Counted from the first letter of the stretch, positions 21,766 through 32,435 are shown. The stretch: 64,000 nucleotides of DNA from Candidatus Deferrimicrobiaceae bacterium (GCA_963792415.1 CAWBVY010000001.1:288001-352000), one strand, 5' to 3'. Notes: generated by a model from the letters alone, not told the origin. Program-made: numbers and translations.

Positions 21766-23109
21766 CTAGAGGAAATCCCCCGCCTCGAGGATCTCCCGGA
21801 CGCGGTACAGGAAGCCGTTTCCCGCCACGCCGTCGATGACGCGGTGGTCGTACGCGCAGCAGAGGAACATCATCGGCCGGATGACGATGGAGTCCTCGCC
21901 GTCCACGTCGATCACCACGGGCCGCTTCACGATCTGCCCCAGCCGGAGGATCCCCACTTGCGGCTGGTTGATGATCGGGGTGCCGAAGAGGTTCCCCTTG
22001 ATCCCCGGGTTCGTGATGCTGAAGGTCCCCCCCGAGAGCTCGTCCGGGGAGATCTTCCCCGACTTGGCCCGCGCGCCGATGTCGTCCACCGCCGCGGAGA
22101 TCTCCTTCAGGGACATCCGGTCCGTGTGCCGCAGCACCGGGACGAGCAGGCCCTTTTCCGTGTCGACCGCGACGGCGATGTGGATATCCTGTTTCAGCAC
22201 CGTGCTCTCTCCGGACACGGTCGCGTTCATGATCGGGGTCTCCCGAAGCGCCTTCGCGGCGGCGTGGATCACGAAGGGAAGGTACGTGAGGTTCACGCCC
22301 TCCTTTTTCGCCCTGGCCCGCACCCCCGCCACCCTGTGCATGTCCACCTCGGCGAAGATGTGGACGTGGGGAGAGGTGGTCTTGCTCCGGACCATGTGCT
22401 CCGCGATCCTCTTCCGGATCGGCGTCCACGGCACGACCTGGTCCCCCCCAGCGGCCGGGGGAGGCGAAACCTTCGGAGCCCGCGACGGCGCGGCCTTGGG
22501 GGGAGTGGCCGGCGCCGGGGCGGCCGCCGCCTTCGGAATGGGTTTGCCCTCCGTAGCCTTGGCGGAGGAGGGAACGGGCTTGCCCCCGGAGGCGAGGTGC
22601 GCCTCCACGTCTTTCCGCGTCACCCGTCCGTCGATGCCGGTCCCCTGGATCTTCGACAGGTCCAGGCCGTGCTCGGCCGCCATCCGGGCCACCACGGGGG
22701 TGATCCGGACCCGTCCGGTCGCCGGGGGCGGCGAAGGCGCGGGGGCGGACGGTTCGACGCGCGGGGGCGCGGGGATCGGCGGCCCCGACGTCCGGGCCAT
22801 GTGGCCGGGGAACCCCTCGGTCTCCTCGTCCCACTTCGGCGCCGCTTCGGGCGCGGGCCGGGCCGCCGCCGGGTCGGTCTCGATCTTCGCCAGCACCGCC
22901 TGGATGGGGACCGTCTCCCCCGGCTTGACCAGGATCTGCGCGATCCGGCCCGCCGACGGCGAGGGGATCTCCGCGTCCACCTTGTCCGTGGAGATCTCGA
23001 GCAGGGGGTGGTCCTTGGCGACCAGCTCCCCGACCTCCACGAGCCACTTCACCACGACCCCTTCCACCACGCTTTCCCCGAGCTGGGGCATCACGACGTC
23101 GATGAGCAT
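21766..23109 (-). CDS. 2-oxoacid dehydrogenase E2 (dihydrolipoamide acyltransferase)
   Basis: Lipoyl domain TDKVD, E3-binding GTGIDGRVT, DHRVIDG. Confidence 0.93.
   Translation of the reverse strand: MLIDVVMPQLGESVVEGVVVKWLVEVGELVAKDHPLLEISTDKVDAEIPSPSAGRIAQILVKPGETVPIQAVLAKIETDPAAARPAPEAAPKWDEETEGFPGHMARTSGPPIPAPPRVEPSAPAPSPPPATGRVRITPVVARMAAEHGLDLSKIQGTGIDGRVTRKDVEAHLASGGKPVPSSAKATEGKPIPKAAAAPAPATPPKAAPSRAPKVSPPPAAGGDQVVPWTPIRKRIAEHMVRSKTTSPHVHIFAEVDMHRVAGVRARAKKEGVNLTYLPFVIHAAAKALRETPIMNATVSGESTVLKQDIHIAVAVDTEKGLLVPVLRHTDRMSLKEISAAVDDIGARAKSGKISPDELSGGTFSITNPGIKGNLFGTPIINQPQVGILRLGQIVKRPVVIDVDGEDSIVIRPMMFLCCAYDHRVIDGVAGNGFLYRVREILEAGDFL
22546..22572. repeat. REP-like palindrome inserted in frame in the E2 linker (encodes PSSAKATEG)
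   Basis: GCCCTCCGTAGCCTTGGCGGAGGAGGG. Confidence 0.75.
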
Positions 23110-23128
23110 CGCTGCACGCTCCTTGCGT

Positions 23129-24103
23129 TTAATACGCGGCGAGTTTCCGGATCGCCTCGGTGATCTTCTCCTGGTTCGGCAGGACGTAGTCCTCCATCGC
23201 CGGGGCGAACGGGGTGTGGACGTCCCGCGCCGCCAGCCGCACGACCGGCCCGTCCAGCTCCTCGAAGCAGTCCTGCGCGATCCGCGCGGCGACCTCCCCC
23301 CCGATCCCTCCGTTCAGGCGCGCCTCGTGGACGATCAGGACCTTTCCCGTCTTCCGCACGGAAGCCTTCACCGTCGCCCAGTCGATCGGCAGGAGGGTCC
23401 GCAGGTCGATCACCTCGATGTCCACCTCGGCCGCCATGTCCCGCGCCGCCTTCATCACCGCGTGGACCGGGGAGCCGTAGGTGATGACGGTGAGGTCCCT
23501 CCCCTCCTTGCGCAGCGCCGCCTTCCCGATGGGGACCAGGTACTCCTCCTCGGGGATCTCTTCCTTGATCCGCCGATAGAGGAACTTGTGCTCGAAGTAG
23601 ATCACCGGGTCGTCGTCCCGGATCGCGGACTTGAGCAGCCCCTTCGCGTCGTACGCCGTCGCGGGGGCCACCACCTTGAGGCCGGGGACGTGGCAGAACC
23701 ACGCCTCCGGGTTCTGGGAGTGGTACAGGCCGCCGTGGACGCCGCCGCCCGACGGGCCCCGGATCACGATCGGGCAGGCGGTCTGCCCGCCGTGGCGGTA
23801 GCGGAGCGTCGCGGCCGTGTTCACGATCTGGTCGAAGCCGCAGGAGATGAAGTCGATGAACTGCATCTCGAGGATCGGGCGCATCCCCTGCACCGCGAGT
23901 CCGACGCCGGCCCCGACGATCAGCGACTCGGAGATCGGCATGTCGACCACCCGGTCGGCGCCGTGCTTCTCCTGGAGCCCCGCGGACGCCTTGAAGGCGC
24001 CGCCCATCACCCCGACGTCCTCCCCCATCAGCAGGACGTTCCTGTCCCGCGCCAATTCCTCGTCCATGGCCTGCCGGATCGCCTCGATGTAGGTGACGAG
24101 CAT
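23129..24103 (-). CDS. 2-oxoacid dehydrogenase E1 beta subunit
   Basis: GEDVG, PISES, DQIVN, HSQ, EVIDLRTL. Confidence 0.93.
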   Translation of the reverse strand: MLVTYIEAIRQAMDEELARDRNVLLMGEDVGVMGGAFKASAGLQEKHGADRVVDMPISESLIVGAGVGLAVQGMRPILEMQFIDFISCGFDQIVNTAATLRYRHGGQTACPIVIRGPSGGGVHGGLYHSQNPEAWFCHVPGLKVVAPATAYDAKGLLKSAIRDDDPVIYFEHKFLYRRIKEEIPEEEYLVPIGKAALRKEGRDLTVITYGSPVHAVMKAARDMAAEVDIEVIDLRTLLPIDWATVKASVRKTGKVLIVHEARLNGGIGGEVAARIAQDCFEELDGPVVRLAARDVHTPFAPAMEDYVLPNQEKITEAIRKLAAY

Positions 24104-24105
24104 GG

Positions 24106-25083
24106 TCAGCGGGCCTCCGTGTCGATCGGCATGGCGTACAGGTCTTCCATCGCCTCGGGTCCCTCCGGAGACGGGCTCGCCTCCGCGAACGCGACCGCCT
24201 CCTCCACGATCCGCGTCACCTCCTCGGTCGTCTCCCTACGGATGGCGTCGATGTCGTACTTCCGCTGCTTGAGATAGTTCTCCCACAGGAAGATCGGGTC
24301 CCGGCTCTCCCACGTGATGACCTCCTCCTCCGACCGGTAGTCCGCCCGGTCGTGCTCGGAGTGCCCGTGGTACCGGTACGTCTTGCACTCGACCAGCGTG
24401 GGGCCGTCCCCCTTGCGCGCCCGGGCGATCGCCTTCCCGGCCGTCTTCATCACCGCGTGGAGGTCGTTCCCGCTCACCACCTCGCCCTTGAAGCCGTATC
24501 CGACGGCCCGGTCCGCGACGTCGTCGACCCCGAACTGCAATTCGTTCGGGGTGGAGTAGGCGTAGAAGTTGTTCTCGCAGACGAAGATCACGGGGAGCTT
24601 GTGCACGCCGGCGAAGTTCATCGCCTCGTGGACGTCCCCCCGGCTGCTCGCCCCCTCCCCGAAGAAGGCGATCGCCACGCGGTCCTCCTTCCGGATCTTG
24701 AACTTGTACGCCATCCCCGCCGCGACCGGCAGGGTCGCCCCCAGCATGGAGGTGGCGCCGAAGATCCCGTTCGCGAGGTCCCCGCCGTGAAGGTAGGAGT
24801 CCTTCCCCTTCGCGAAGCCGTCCCGCCTGCCGAAGATCTGCGCCATCAGCCGCTTCGGGTCGGCCCCCTTGACGAGAAAGGCGCCCAGGTCCCGGTGCAG
24901 CGGGAAGATCCAGTCGTCCCACCGCAGGTCGTGGCAGAATCCCACCGTCACCGCCTCCTGCCCTTTCCCGGAGTAGACCCCGCCCATGAGCTTCCCCTGC
25001 TTGTCCAGCGCGGAGGTCCGGTCCTCGAACTCGCGGATGAGGCGGAGCCAGCGGTACAGCTCCCGGTCTTTCTGCTCGGCCAT
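24106..25083 (-). CDS. 2-oxoacid dehydrogenase E1 alpha subunit
   Basis: GQEA, TPP motif GEGA...ENN, TYRYHGHS. Confidence 0.93.
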   Translation of the reverse strand: MAEQKDRELYRWLRLIREFEDRTSALDKQGKLMGGVYSGKGQEAVTVGFCHDLRWDDWIFPLHRDLGAFLVKGADPKRLMAQIFGRRDGFAKGKDSYLHGGDLANGIFGATSMLGATLPVAAGMAYKFKIRKEDRVAIAFFGEGASSRGDVHEAMNFAGVHKLPVIFVCENNFYAYSTPNELQFGVDDVADRAVGYGFKGEVVSGNDLHAVMKTAGKAIARARKGDGPTLVECKTYRYHGHSEHDRADYRSEEEVITWESRDPIFLWENYLKQRKYDIDAIRRETTEEVTRIVEEAVAFAEASPSPEGPEAMEDLYAMPIDTEAR

Positions 25084-25102
25084 GGCGTCCTCTCGTGAAA
25101 AG

Positions 25103-26473
25103 TTATAGGTCGATCGCCTCGCCGCCCAGCATGAGCGCCGCCTCCCGGATCGCTTCCGGGAGGGTGGGGTGCGCGTGGACGGTGCGTCCGATCTCGTGGA
25201 ACGTCGCCTCGAGGGAACGGGCGAGGGAGAGCTCCGCGATCATGTCCGGCGCGCCGGCGCCGAGGATGTGGCAGCCGATCACCTCGCCGTACTTCGCCTC
25301 CGCGATCATCTTGACGAACCCCTCGGTGTGCCCGGAGGCGACCGCCTTCCCCAGCGCGGTGAAGGGGAACTTCGACACCTTGCACTCGATCCCGCGCCGC
25401 TTCGCCTCCTCCTCCGACAGGCCGATCGTGGCCACCTCGGGGCGGCAGTAGACGCACGCGGGGATCCGGTCCGGGTCGGGGCGGCGAACGTCCTTCCCCG
25501 CGATCGCCTCGGCCGCGACGACGCCTTCCGCGGACGCCTTGTGGGCGAGCATCATCCCGCCGATCACGTCGCCGATCGCCCAGATCGTGGGGCAGGAGGT
25601 CCGGAGCCGGTCGTCGACCTTGACGAAGCCGCGCTCGATCTCGACCCCGCACGCCTCCAGCCCCAGCCCGGCGGAGAGCACCTTGCGCCCCACGGCGACG
25701 AGGAGCTTCTCGGCGGTCAGGGTCTCCTCCTTGCCGCCGGAGGAAACCGTCAACGTCCGGGTCACCTTGTCGAACCCCTTCGCCGGGGCGGAGGTCAGCA
25801 CCCGGATCCCCTGCTTTCCGAGCGCCTTCTCCAGCTCCTTCGCCACCTCGCGGTCGGTGCGCGGGAGGAGCTGGTCCTCCATCTCGACGATCGTCACGTC
25901 GGCGCCGAACGCCCGGTAGATGTAGGCGAACTCGACCCCCACCGCGCCGCCCCCGAGGACGATCACGGAGCGCGGAAGCGTCTCGAGCGCGAGGGCGTCG
26001 TCGCTGGTCAGGATCACCCGGCCGTCGGGCTCGATCCCCGGCAGCCCCCGCACCGACGTTCCGGAGGCCACGAGGATGTTCCTCGCCGAGAGCTCCTCCT
26101 CCCCCGCCCGGACGGTGGTGGGCGAGAGAACCGTCGCGCCCGCGGGGAAGAGCTCGATCCCGTTCTTCTTGAAGAGGTACGTGACGCCGCGGGACATCCG
26201 GTCCGCCACCTTCCGGCTCCGGCGGACGACGGCGCCGTAGTCCGCGGAAAGCCCCTGGCACCGGATCCCGTACGCCTCGGCGTTGCGCATCTCCTCGTAC
26301 AGCCCCGCGGAGGTGAGGATCGCCTTGGACGGGATGCACCCCCAGTTGACGCACACCCCTCCGGGCTTGTCGCGCTCCGCGACCGCCACGCGCATCCCCA
26401 GCTGGGCGGCGCGGATCGCCGCCACGTAGCCGCCGGGGCCCGCGCCGATCACCACCAGGTCGAAATGCTTCAT
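25103..26473 (-). CDS. lpdA: Dihydrolipoyl dehydrogenase E3
   Basis: GAGPGGY, GGVCVNWGCIPSK, HPTLPE. Confidence 0.95.
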   Translation of the reverse strand: MKHFDLVVIGAGPGGYVAAIRAAQLGMRVAVAERDKPGGVCVNWGCIPSKAILTSAGLYEEMRNAEAYGIRCQGLSADYGAVVRRSRKVADRMSRGVTYLFKKNGIELFPAGATVLSPTTVRAGEEELSARNILVASGTSVRGLPGIEPDGRVILTSDDALALETLPRSVIVLGGGAVGVEFAYIYRAFGADVTIVEMEDQLLPRTDREVAKELEKALGKQGIRVLTSAPAKGFDKVTRTLTVSSGGKEETLTAEKLLVAVGRKVLSAGLGLEACGVEIERGFVKVDDRLRTSCPTIWAIGDVIGGMMLAHKASAEGVVAAEAIAGKDVRRPDPDRIPACVYCRPEVATIGLSEEEAKRRGIECKVSKFPFTALGKAVASGHTEGFVKMIAEAKYGEVIGCHILGAGAPDMIAELSLARSLEATFHEIGRTVHAHPTLPEAIREAALMLGGEAIDL

Positions 26474-26489
26474 CGGGAGACCCCTTCCG

Positions 26490-27692
26490 TCATATCGCCG
26501 ACGCCTCGATGCGCCGGACGACCTCGTTCAGGAACCGCGTCGCCTCCCCGCCGTCCACGATACGGTGATCGAAGGAAAGGCTCAAGTACATCATCTCGCG
26601 GGGGACGATCTCCCCGTCGCGGACCACGGGCCGGGTCACGATCTTGTGCGCCGCCAGGATGGCCGCCTCCGGGACGTTGATGACGGGGTAGCTGAACAGC
26701 CCCCCGATCGAACCGACGCTGGAGATCGTGAAGGTGCCGCCGGTCTGATCCCCGGGGGCGAGGGTCCCCTCCCGGGCCGCCGCCGTCAGCCGTTCGATCT
26801 CCCTGGCCAGTTCGATGACCGATTTCGCGTCGGCGTTGCGGACCACCGGGACGACCAGGCCGTCCCCTGCGTCCACGGCCATGCCGACGTCGACCTTCTT
26901 CCTGCGGACGATCTCCTCGCGCTCCTCGTCGAGAGAGGCGTTGAGGGCGGGGTGCCGCAGGAGGGCCCCGGCGACCGCCTTCATGATGAAGGGAAGGATG
27001 GTGATCCGCACCCCTTCCCGTTCGCCGATCTCCCGCACCTTCGCGCGCTCGGCCAGGAGACCCGAGACGTCGGCCTCGTCGACCAGCAGGGCGTGGGGAA
27101 CGCGGGTCTTGGCGGCCACCATCTTCCGCGCGATCAACCGGCGTTTCCCCTTGAGGGGGATCCGCTCCTCGGACGCAGGCCCCGCGGGGGTGCCCGCCGG
27201 CGGCCTGGACCCCGCCGCCCGCCGCACGTCCTCCCCGGTGACCCGTCCGCCGGGACCGGTTCCAGGGACATCTCCCAGCGCCACGCCGAGGTCCTTCGCG
27301 AGCTTGCGGACGACCGGGGTGGCGAGAGCCGCTCCGCCCGCGCCGGCGGCTTTCCCGGAAGGGGACCCCTGTCCCGGTGTTTCCGCTTCGCGCGGGGCGG
27401 GGGCCGGGCGCCCGGACGGCGCCGTGACGGGATGCGCCGCGGCGTCCTGCCCTGCCGCGGGCTCGATGAGGGCGAGGAGCCCGCCCACCTGCACGACCTG
27501 GCCGGGCGCGGCGACGATCTTCGCCACGGTCCCGCTCACCGGCGAGGGGAGTTCCACGTTCGCCTTGTCGGTCAGGACCTCGACGAGCGGGTCGTCCTCC
27601 TTGACCTGGGCGCCTTCCGCCACCAGCCAGCGGACGACTTCCGCCTCCGCGATCCCCTCCCCCACGTCGGGGAGCCTCAGTTCGATCGGCAT
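26490..27692 (-). CDS. 2-oxoacid dehydrogenase E2, second paralog
   Basis: LPDVGEGIAE, TDKANVE, GTGPGGRVT, FDHRIVDG. Confidence 0.93.
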   Translation of the reverse strand: MPIELRLPDVGEGIAEAEVVRWLVAEGAQVKEDDPLVEVLTDKANVELPSPVSGTVAKIVAAPGQVVQVGGLLALIEPAAGQDAAAHPVTAPSGRPAPAPREAETPGQGSPSGKAAGAGGAALATPVVRKLAKDLGVALGDVPGTGPGGRVTGEDVRRAAGSRPPAGTPAGPASEERIPLKGKRRLIARKMVAAKTRVPHALLVDEADVSGLLAERAKVREIGEREGVRITILPFIMKAVAGALLRHPALNASLDEEREEIVRRKKVDVGMAVDAGDGLVVPVVRNADAKSVIELAREIERLTAAAREGTLAPGDQTGGTFTISSVGSIGGLFSYPVINVPEAAILAAHKIVTRPVVRDGEIVPREMMYLSLSFDHRIVDGGEATRFLNEVVRRIEASAI

Positions 27693-27911
27693 TTCCAGCG
27701 CAGCCCCTTTCGGATGTGATCGCGCCTACCGGAAATGATATTCCGAAACCTTGATGCCGGGGCGAAGAATCAGGAGGCTTTCTTCACGTCGACCGATAGT
27801 TTCAGGCCAAGCGCGTCGGGCACGCCCCCTGCTGCGCAATTCGGGGCTCCCTTTTTCAGAGAGCATCGGGATCGGCGGCCGACGGATGGAGAAATCTTCT
27901 TCGACGCCGGT

Positions 27912-28694
27912 TCATTTCCCGGCCCCGTGCGACTTGAGGAGCGCGACAACGTCCTCGTGCCCCCATTGCGACGCCACGTCCGACGGCGTCCAGTTGTTCC
28001 GGGCCTTCGCGTCGACATCCGCCCCCTTTTCGATGAGCAGCAGGACCAGGTCTTTCTGGTCGTTCATCGCCGCGGCGTGCAGCGGCGTCATGCCGTCCGG
28101 ATATTTCGCGTCGAAACCCGGCCTTTTTTTCATGAGGAGCCCCGGGACGTCCTTGTGACACCGGCTGGTGCTGGCCGTAACACGCAACGGCGATGCCGCA
28201 TCTTCGGCACGGGCATTTACATCCGCTCCGTGGGCGAGAAGAACCTTTGCAACGCTCGCGTGCCCCCAGAGCGCCGCCACGTGCAGCGGTGTCCAGCCAT
28301 TCCTCGCCTTCGCGTTGACCGCGGCCCCTTTTTCGACGAGAAGCGCGGAAAGAACCCGATGCTCCCCGTTTGCGGCGAAGTGCAGCGGCGTCATCCCGTT
28401 CCCATCCCTCGCGTTGACATCCGCCCCTTGCGACAGGAGCAGTTCGGCGACGTCCCTGTGTCCCCAGATCGCCGCGGCGAGCAGCGGAGTGATCCCGGCT
28501 TCGGACACCGCGTCGACGCCCACTCCCCCCGCGAGGAGACGGCGAACCTCATCCACCTTTCCGGCTTCGGCCGCATCGTGTATCGGGCCGGCATCGGCCG
28601 CGGTCCACGCGAATACCCCGAGGACGATCAGCATCCCCATCCAGCGGCTTCCCCACACGGAAAGACGGGACCCGCGGGGACATCTTCCCGTCAT
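27912..28694 (-). CDS. Exported ankyrin-repeat protein
   Basis: Hydrophobic N-terminus; repeated GxTPLH motifs. Confidence 0.75.
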   Translation of the reverse strand: MTGRCPRGSRLSVWGSRWMGMLIVLGVFAWTAADAGPIHDAAEAGKVDEVRRLLAGGVGVDAVSEAGITPLLAAAIWGHRDVAELLLSQGADVNARDGNGMTPLHFAANGEHRVLSALLVEKGAAVNAKARNGWTPLHVAALWGHASVAKVLLAHGADVNARAEDAASPLRVTASTSRCHKDVPGLLMKKRPGFDAKYPDGMTPLHAAAMNDQKDLVLLLIEKGADVDAKARNNWTPSDVASQWGHEDVVALLKSHGAGK

Positions 28695-29552
28695 GGACGT
28701 CCCCCGGACTCCCGGGAGACCCTTCCGGGATCGAGGGAGCGCAGCTTTCTGGAAACCTTCGAGTTTCCCGAGGCCATCGAAAAACGCGCGCCTTTCCGGG
28801 TACCGGGCCGAAAACCGTTTTGCGTCGATTTTCCGGCAGGCCCACGACTCCGCGAAATCGGCGAATCCGTCGTCGACCCCGTCCAAAGGCTCCTTCTCGC
28901 GAATTCCGTTCCACTTCGACGTCAAACGTTTGCCAAGGAATGAGCTGTAGGGGTTGTGGACGTTCACTCCCTGGGCGTAAAGCTTCAGCCACCTGGTTTT
29001 TTCTTCCCGGCTCGACAAAACGACTCCGCGGGTTTCGGGGTACCGCAAGGGCAAGGACACCCGGACTTTCTTCCCGGTAAACACGATGAATCCCGGATCC
29101 GCGTCTTCCCCCATGCCCCACCAGAAGGCGGGATTTTTTTTCATGGATTTCTCTTCGTTGTTTTTCAGATCCCGATCCTCTTTCCACAACAGTTCCAGGA
29201 GACCGTCCCTGCCGAATACGATGTGCTTCGCGTAGGAATCCCGATCCTCCAGAAAATGACAATCCATGAAGGTGTTTTTTTCGAACAGTTCCTCGATCAG
29301 CGCGTCTCTCGCGGGTTCCTCGCCCTTCCCGCATACCCAGACCCATAACCGGTTTTTTTCGTCCCTGTACAGGAAGCGGTTCTCCACGGACAACCGTTCC
29401 CCGCAGGAGGGACAGGGAACCCGGTTGAACTCCCCGGAAAGGATGGCGTCTTTCAGTTCGGGGTCGTGGTCGACAAAAACATATTCGCAAATGTCCCCCC
29501 TGAAGGCCGACCCGCAGCTGCACCGGATGTCGTAGGTTGCTTTCAGCGCCAT
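28691..29552 (-). CDS. CpXC-domain protein with an apparent frameshift near 28760
   Basis: CSCG..F, DPELK..IL.G, CPSCG, FLYRD; the alternative frame ends in TGA overlapping the ankyrin ATG (ATGA). Confidence 0.65.
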
Positions 29553-29625
29553 GCGCGTCTCCCCGGAAAGATGTGCCGGCGGGGCACGGGTGCTTCCGCC
29601 GGCACCTGAAGGATCCTGCCCCTGT

Positions 29626-30837
29626 TCAGGCCTGCTTCGGTATCAGCAGGGTGTTCTTGTCGGCGTACTGCTTCCCGACGAAATATTCCTTGGGGATCAT
29701 CGCGTGAATGCCCAACGCGTAATCCACGAGCTGGGTGACGTGGAGGTCGACCGCCTGGGAGCAGAAGGCGTAGGCTTCCAGCGGGGGCATGCCGTAATGC
29801 TTGTTCAGGAATCCGATCGCCTGGCGCACGGCCATCTGGCACGACTTGTACAGGTCGGTGTGCATCCCCATCATGATCCAGTGGGTGGGGCTGGAGGCCA
29901 TGGGCCAATCGACCAGTTTCTTGAGATCCTTCCTCACGGTAAACCGCAACGTGATGTTCTTGAACGCCCCCTCCAGCGCGTTGAGGTTCACCTCCCCGTG
30001 CCCCTGGGCCAGATGGGCGTCCCCGGTCTTGAACCCGGCCCCCTTGATCCAGACCGGAAGGTACAGCACGGTTCCGGCCACGAGGTCCTTGTTGTCCAGG
30101 TTGCCGCCGTGCCTTCCGGGAGCGACGTTGCTCCACATCCCCTTTTCCGGCAGTTCCACGCCGATCGTTCCGGGGAACGGCTTGATGGGAACCTTGATTC
30201 CCGGCATGAAATCGTACGTCATGTCCCGCCGGTTGACGGCGTACCACCGGACTTTCCCTTCCGGATAGTCGTCCGCGAGAACCCCCAGTTTCATGAACGA
30301 CGTGGTCGGGTTCAGGTTGAAGGCGTAAGGGCCCGGGTCGATATCGAGGATCTCGACCTGCAGCATGTCCCCCGGTTCGGCGTCTTCGATGTAGACCGGG
30401 CCGGTCAGGTGATGGTGGCCGCCGCCCTTCCGGATCTTTTTCGCACCGGTCGTTTCATCCGGGAAGAAGTACGTTTCCGACGTTTTATCGATGACTTCCT
30501 TGTACCACATCATCCAGTCGTTTATGTCGGCCCCGGGGACCATTTTGCCCATCAGGTGCGTCCCGGTTTCCAGGTACACCGTATCGCCCGATTTGATGTT
30601 CAGGACAGGCTTTGTGGAATTGTCCCAGTATCCGTCCGTGGAGGTCATCTCGTTGCAGCCAAGGATATGTACCTTTCCGGTAATATCCATCCTCTTGAGC
30701 TCGACGGCCCGGGCTTTCGGGAGGACCAGGTCGCTCAAGGCAAACGCCGCACCCGTCGCGCCTGCATATTTCAGGAATTTCCGCCGGTCGATCCCTCCCC
30801 CGCCTTTTCCATCCTTCTTTTCGCTCTCGACGCTCAC
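29626..30837 (-). CDS. Acetamidase/formamidase family protein with Tat signal
   Basis: DRRKFLK; HLTGPVY, HGGNLD, GDAHLAQGHGE. Confidence 0.85.
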   Translation of the reverse strand: MSVESEKKDGKGGGGIDRRKFLKYAGATGAAFALSDLVLPKARAVELKRMDITGKVHILGCNEMTSTDGYWDNSTKPVLNIKSGDTVYLETGTHLMGKMVPGADINDWMMWYKEVIDKTSETYFFPDETTGAKKIRKGGGHHHLTGPVYIEDAEPGDMLQVEILDIDPGPYAFNLNPTTSFMKLGVLADDYPEGKVRWYAVNRRDMTYDFMPGIKVPIKPFPGTIGVELPEKGMWSNVAPGRHGGNLDNKDLVAGTVLYLPVWIKGAGFKTGDAHLAQGHGEVNLNALEGAFKNITLRFTVRKDLKKLVDWPMASSPTHWIMMGMHTDLYKSCQMAVRQAIGFLNKHYGMPPLEAYAFCSQAVDLHVTQLVDYALGIHAMIPKEYFVGKQYADKNTLLIPKQA

Positions 30838-30965
30838 GATGCACCTCCGAATTGTGAATTTCTCGAGGCTTCAGGCCTTGCAGAGACTTTCTTCCGCGGC
30901 TTGCCCCTTCCCTTCACCTCCTTTCTTCTCATGCGCACGCCGCCCAGGTCGGTGAAGTGAACGGG

Positions 30966-32399
30966 TCACGGCTTGATCATCACCATCTTGATGCTCGTCA
31001 TCTCCTCGCAGGTGAACCGGACGCCCTCGCGGCCCAGGCCGCTCAGCTTGTTGCCGCCGTACGGCATGTGGTCCACGCGGAAGATGGAGGTGTCGTTGAT
31101 CATCACCCCGCCGACGTCGATCCGGTCCACGGCGTACATCGCCTTCCTGAGGTCGTTGGTGTAGACCCCCGCCTGCAGCCCGTACGGGGAATCGTCGACC
31201 ATCGCCACCGCGTCCTCGAACGACTCGTACTCGTAGATCGAGACCAGCGGCGCGAACGCCTCCTGGCACATCACCTTCATCTCCGGTCGGACGTTCACCA
31301 GCACCGTGGGCTGCATCACCCGCCCCTCGCGCTTCCCGCCGGCCAGCACCTTCGCCCCCTCCTTGACCGCCTCCTTCACCCACGCCTCGGCCCGCTCCGC
31401 CTCCTTGAGCTCGATCATCGGGCCCACGTCGCAATCCTTCTCCAGCGGATTGCCCACTTTCAGCTTCTTCGTCTCCTCGACGAACCGCTTCGTGAACTCC
31501 TTCGCGACCGCCTTGTGGACGTAGAGCCGCTGGAGGGAGATGCACACCTGGCCCGAGTTGGCGAAGGAGCTCATCACGCACCGGGGGACCGCCGCCGAGA
31601 GGTCGGCGTCCGGCTCGACGATCGTCCCGGAGTTGTTCCCCAGCTCCATCGTCACTTTTTTCAGGCCCGCCTTGCGGATGATCTGCTCCCCGACGGGGGG
31701 CGACCCGGTGAAGGAGATCTTCGAGATCCGCGGGTCGACGGTCAGCCACTCGCCCACCGTCCCCCCCGATCCGACGACGACGCTGAAGACCCCGGCGGGG
31801 ACCCCCGCCTCCTCCAGGATCTCCGCCAGCGTGATCGCCGACAGCGGCGTCGTGGACGCGGGCTTCAGGACGATCGTGTTCCCCACCGCCAGCGCGGGCC
31901 CCACCTTGTGCGCCACCAGGTTCAGCGGGAAGTTGAACGGCGTGATCGCCGAGACCACGCCCAGCGGCACGCGCAGCCAGTACCCGAGCCGCCCCTCGCC
32001 CGCGATGCTGGCGTCCATCGGCACCGTCTCGCCGTGGATCCGCTTCGCCTCCTCGGCCGAGAACCGGTACGTCTCGACCGACCGGGACACCTCTCCCATC
32101 GAATATTTCCACGCCTTCCCCGCCTCGCGGCAGATGATCGTGGCGATCTCCTCCTGGCGCTCCTCGAGGAGGCGGGAGACGTTCGAAAGGATCTTGCACC
32201 TCTTGTGGGCCGGCGTGCGCGACCAGGCCGGGAACGCCTCGTGGGCCGCGCGGATGGCGCGCTCCGTGGTTTCCCGCGACGCGACCGGCACGTTCGCGAA
32301 CGTCTCGCCGGTGAACTTGTCGACGACCGGCATCGACTCCTTTTCCGACACCCACTTCCCGGCGACGTACAGCTTGTAACTCCGACCCGCAGCTTTCAT
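30966..32399 (-). CDS. NAD(P)-dependent aldehyde dehydrogenase
   Basis: ITPFNFP, FTGS, MELG, GQVCIS, EAFAP. Confidence 0.93.
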   Translation of the reverse strand: MKAAGRSYKLYVAGKWVSEKESMPVVDKFTGETFANVPVASRETTERAIRAAHEAFPAWSRTPAHKRCKILSNVSRLLEERQEEIATIICREAGKAWKYSMGEVSRSVETYRFSAEEAKRIHGETVPMDASIAGEGRLGYWLRVPLGVVSAITPFNFPLNLVAHKVGPALAVGNTIVLKPASTTPLSAITLAEILEEAGVPAGVFSVVVGSGGTVGEWLTVDPRISKISFTGSPPVGEQIIRKAGLKKVTMELGNNSGTIVEPDADLSAAVPRCVMSSFANSGQVCISLQRLYVHKAVAKEFTKRFVEETKKLKVGNPLEKDCDVGPMIELKEAERAEAWVKEAVKEGAKVLAGGKREGRVMQPTVLVNVRPEMKVMCQEAFAPLVSIYEYESFEDAVAMVDDSPYGLQAGVYTNDLRKAMYAVDRIDVGGVMINDTSIFRVDHMPYGGNKLSGLGREGVRFTCEEMTSIKMVMIKP

Positions 32400-32435
32400 G
32401 GGGGAACTCTCCTTTTCGAAGGGGACTTCTTCCCC

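Noticed and set aside
27912-29552. Novel CpXC-ankyrin fusion
   Set aside because: The alternative frame ends in an ATGA overlap exactly at the ankyrin start, and there is an internal signal peptide. It is likely a frameshift artefact.
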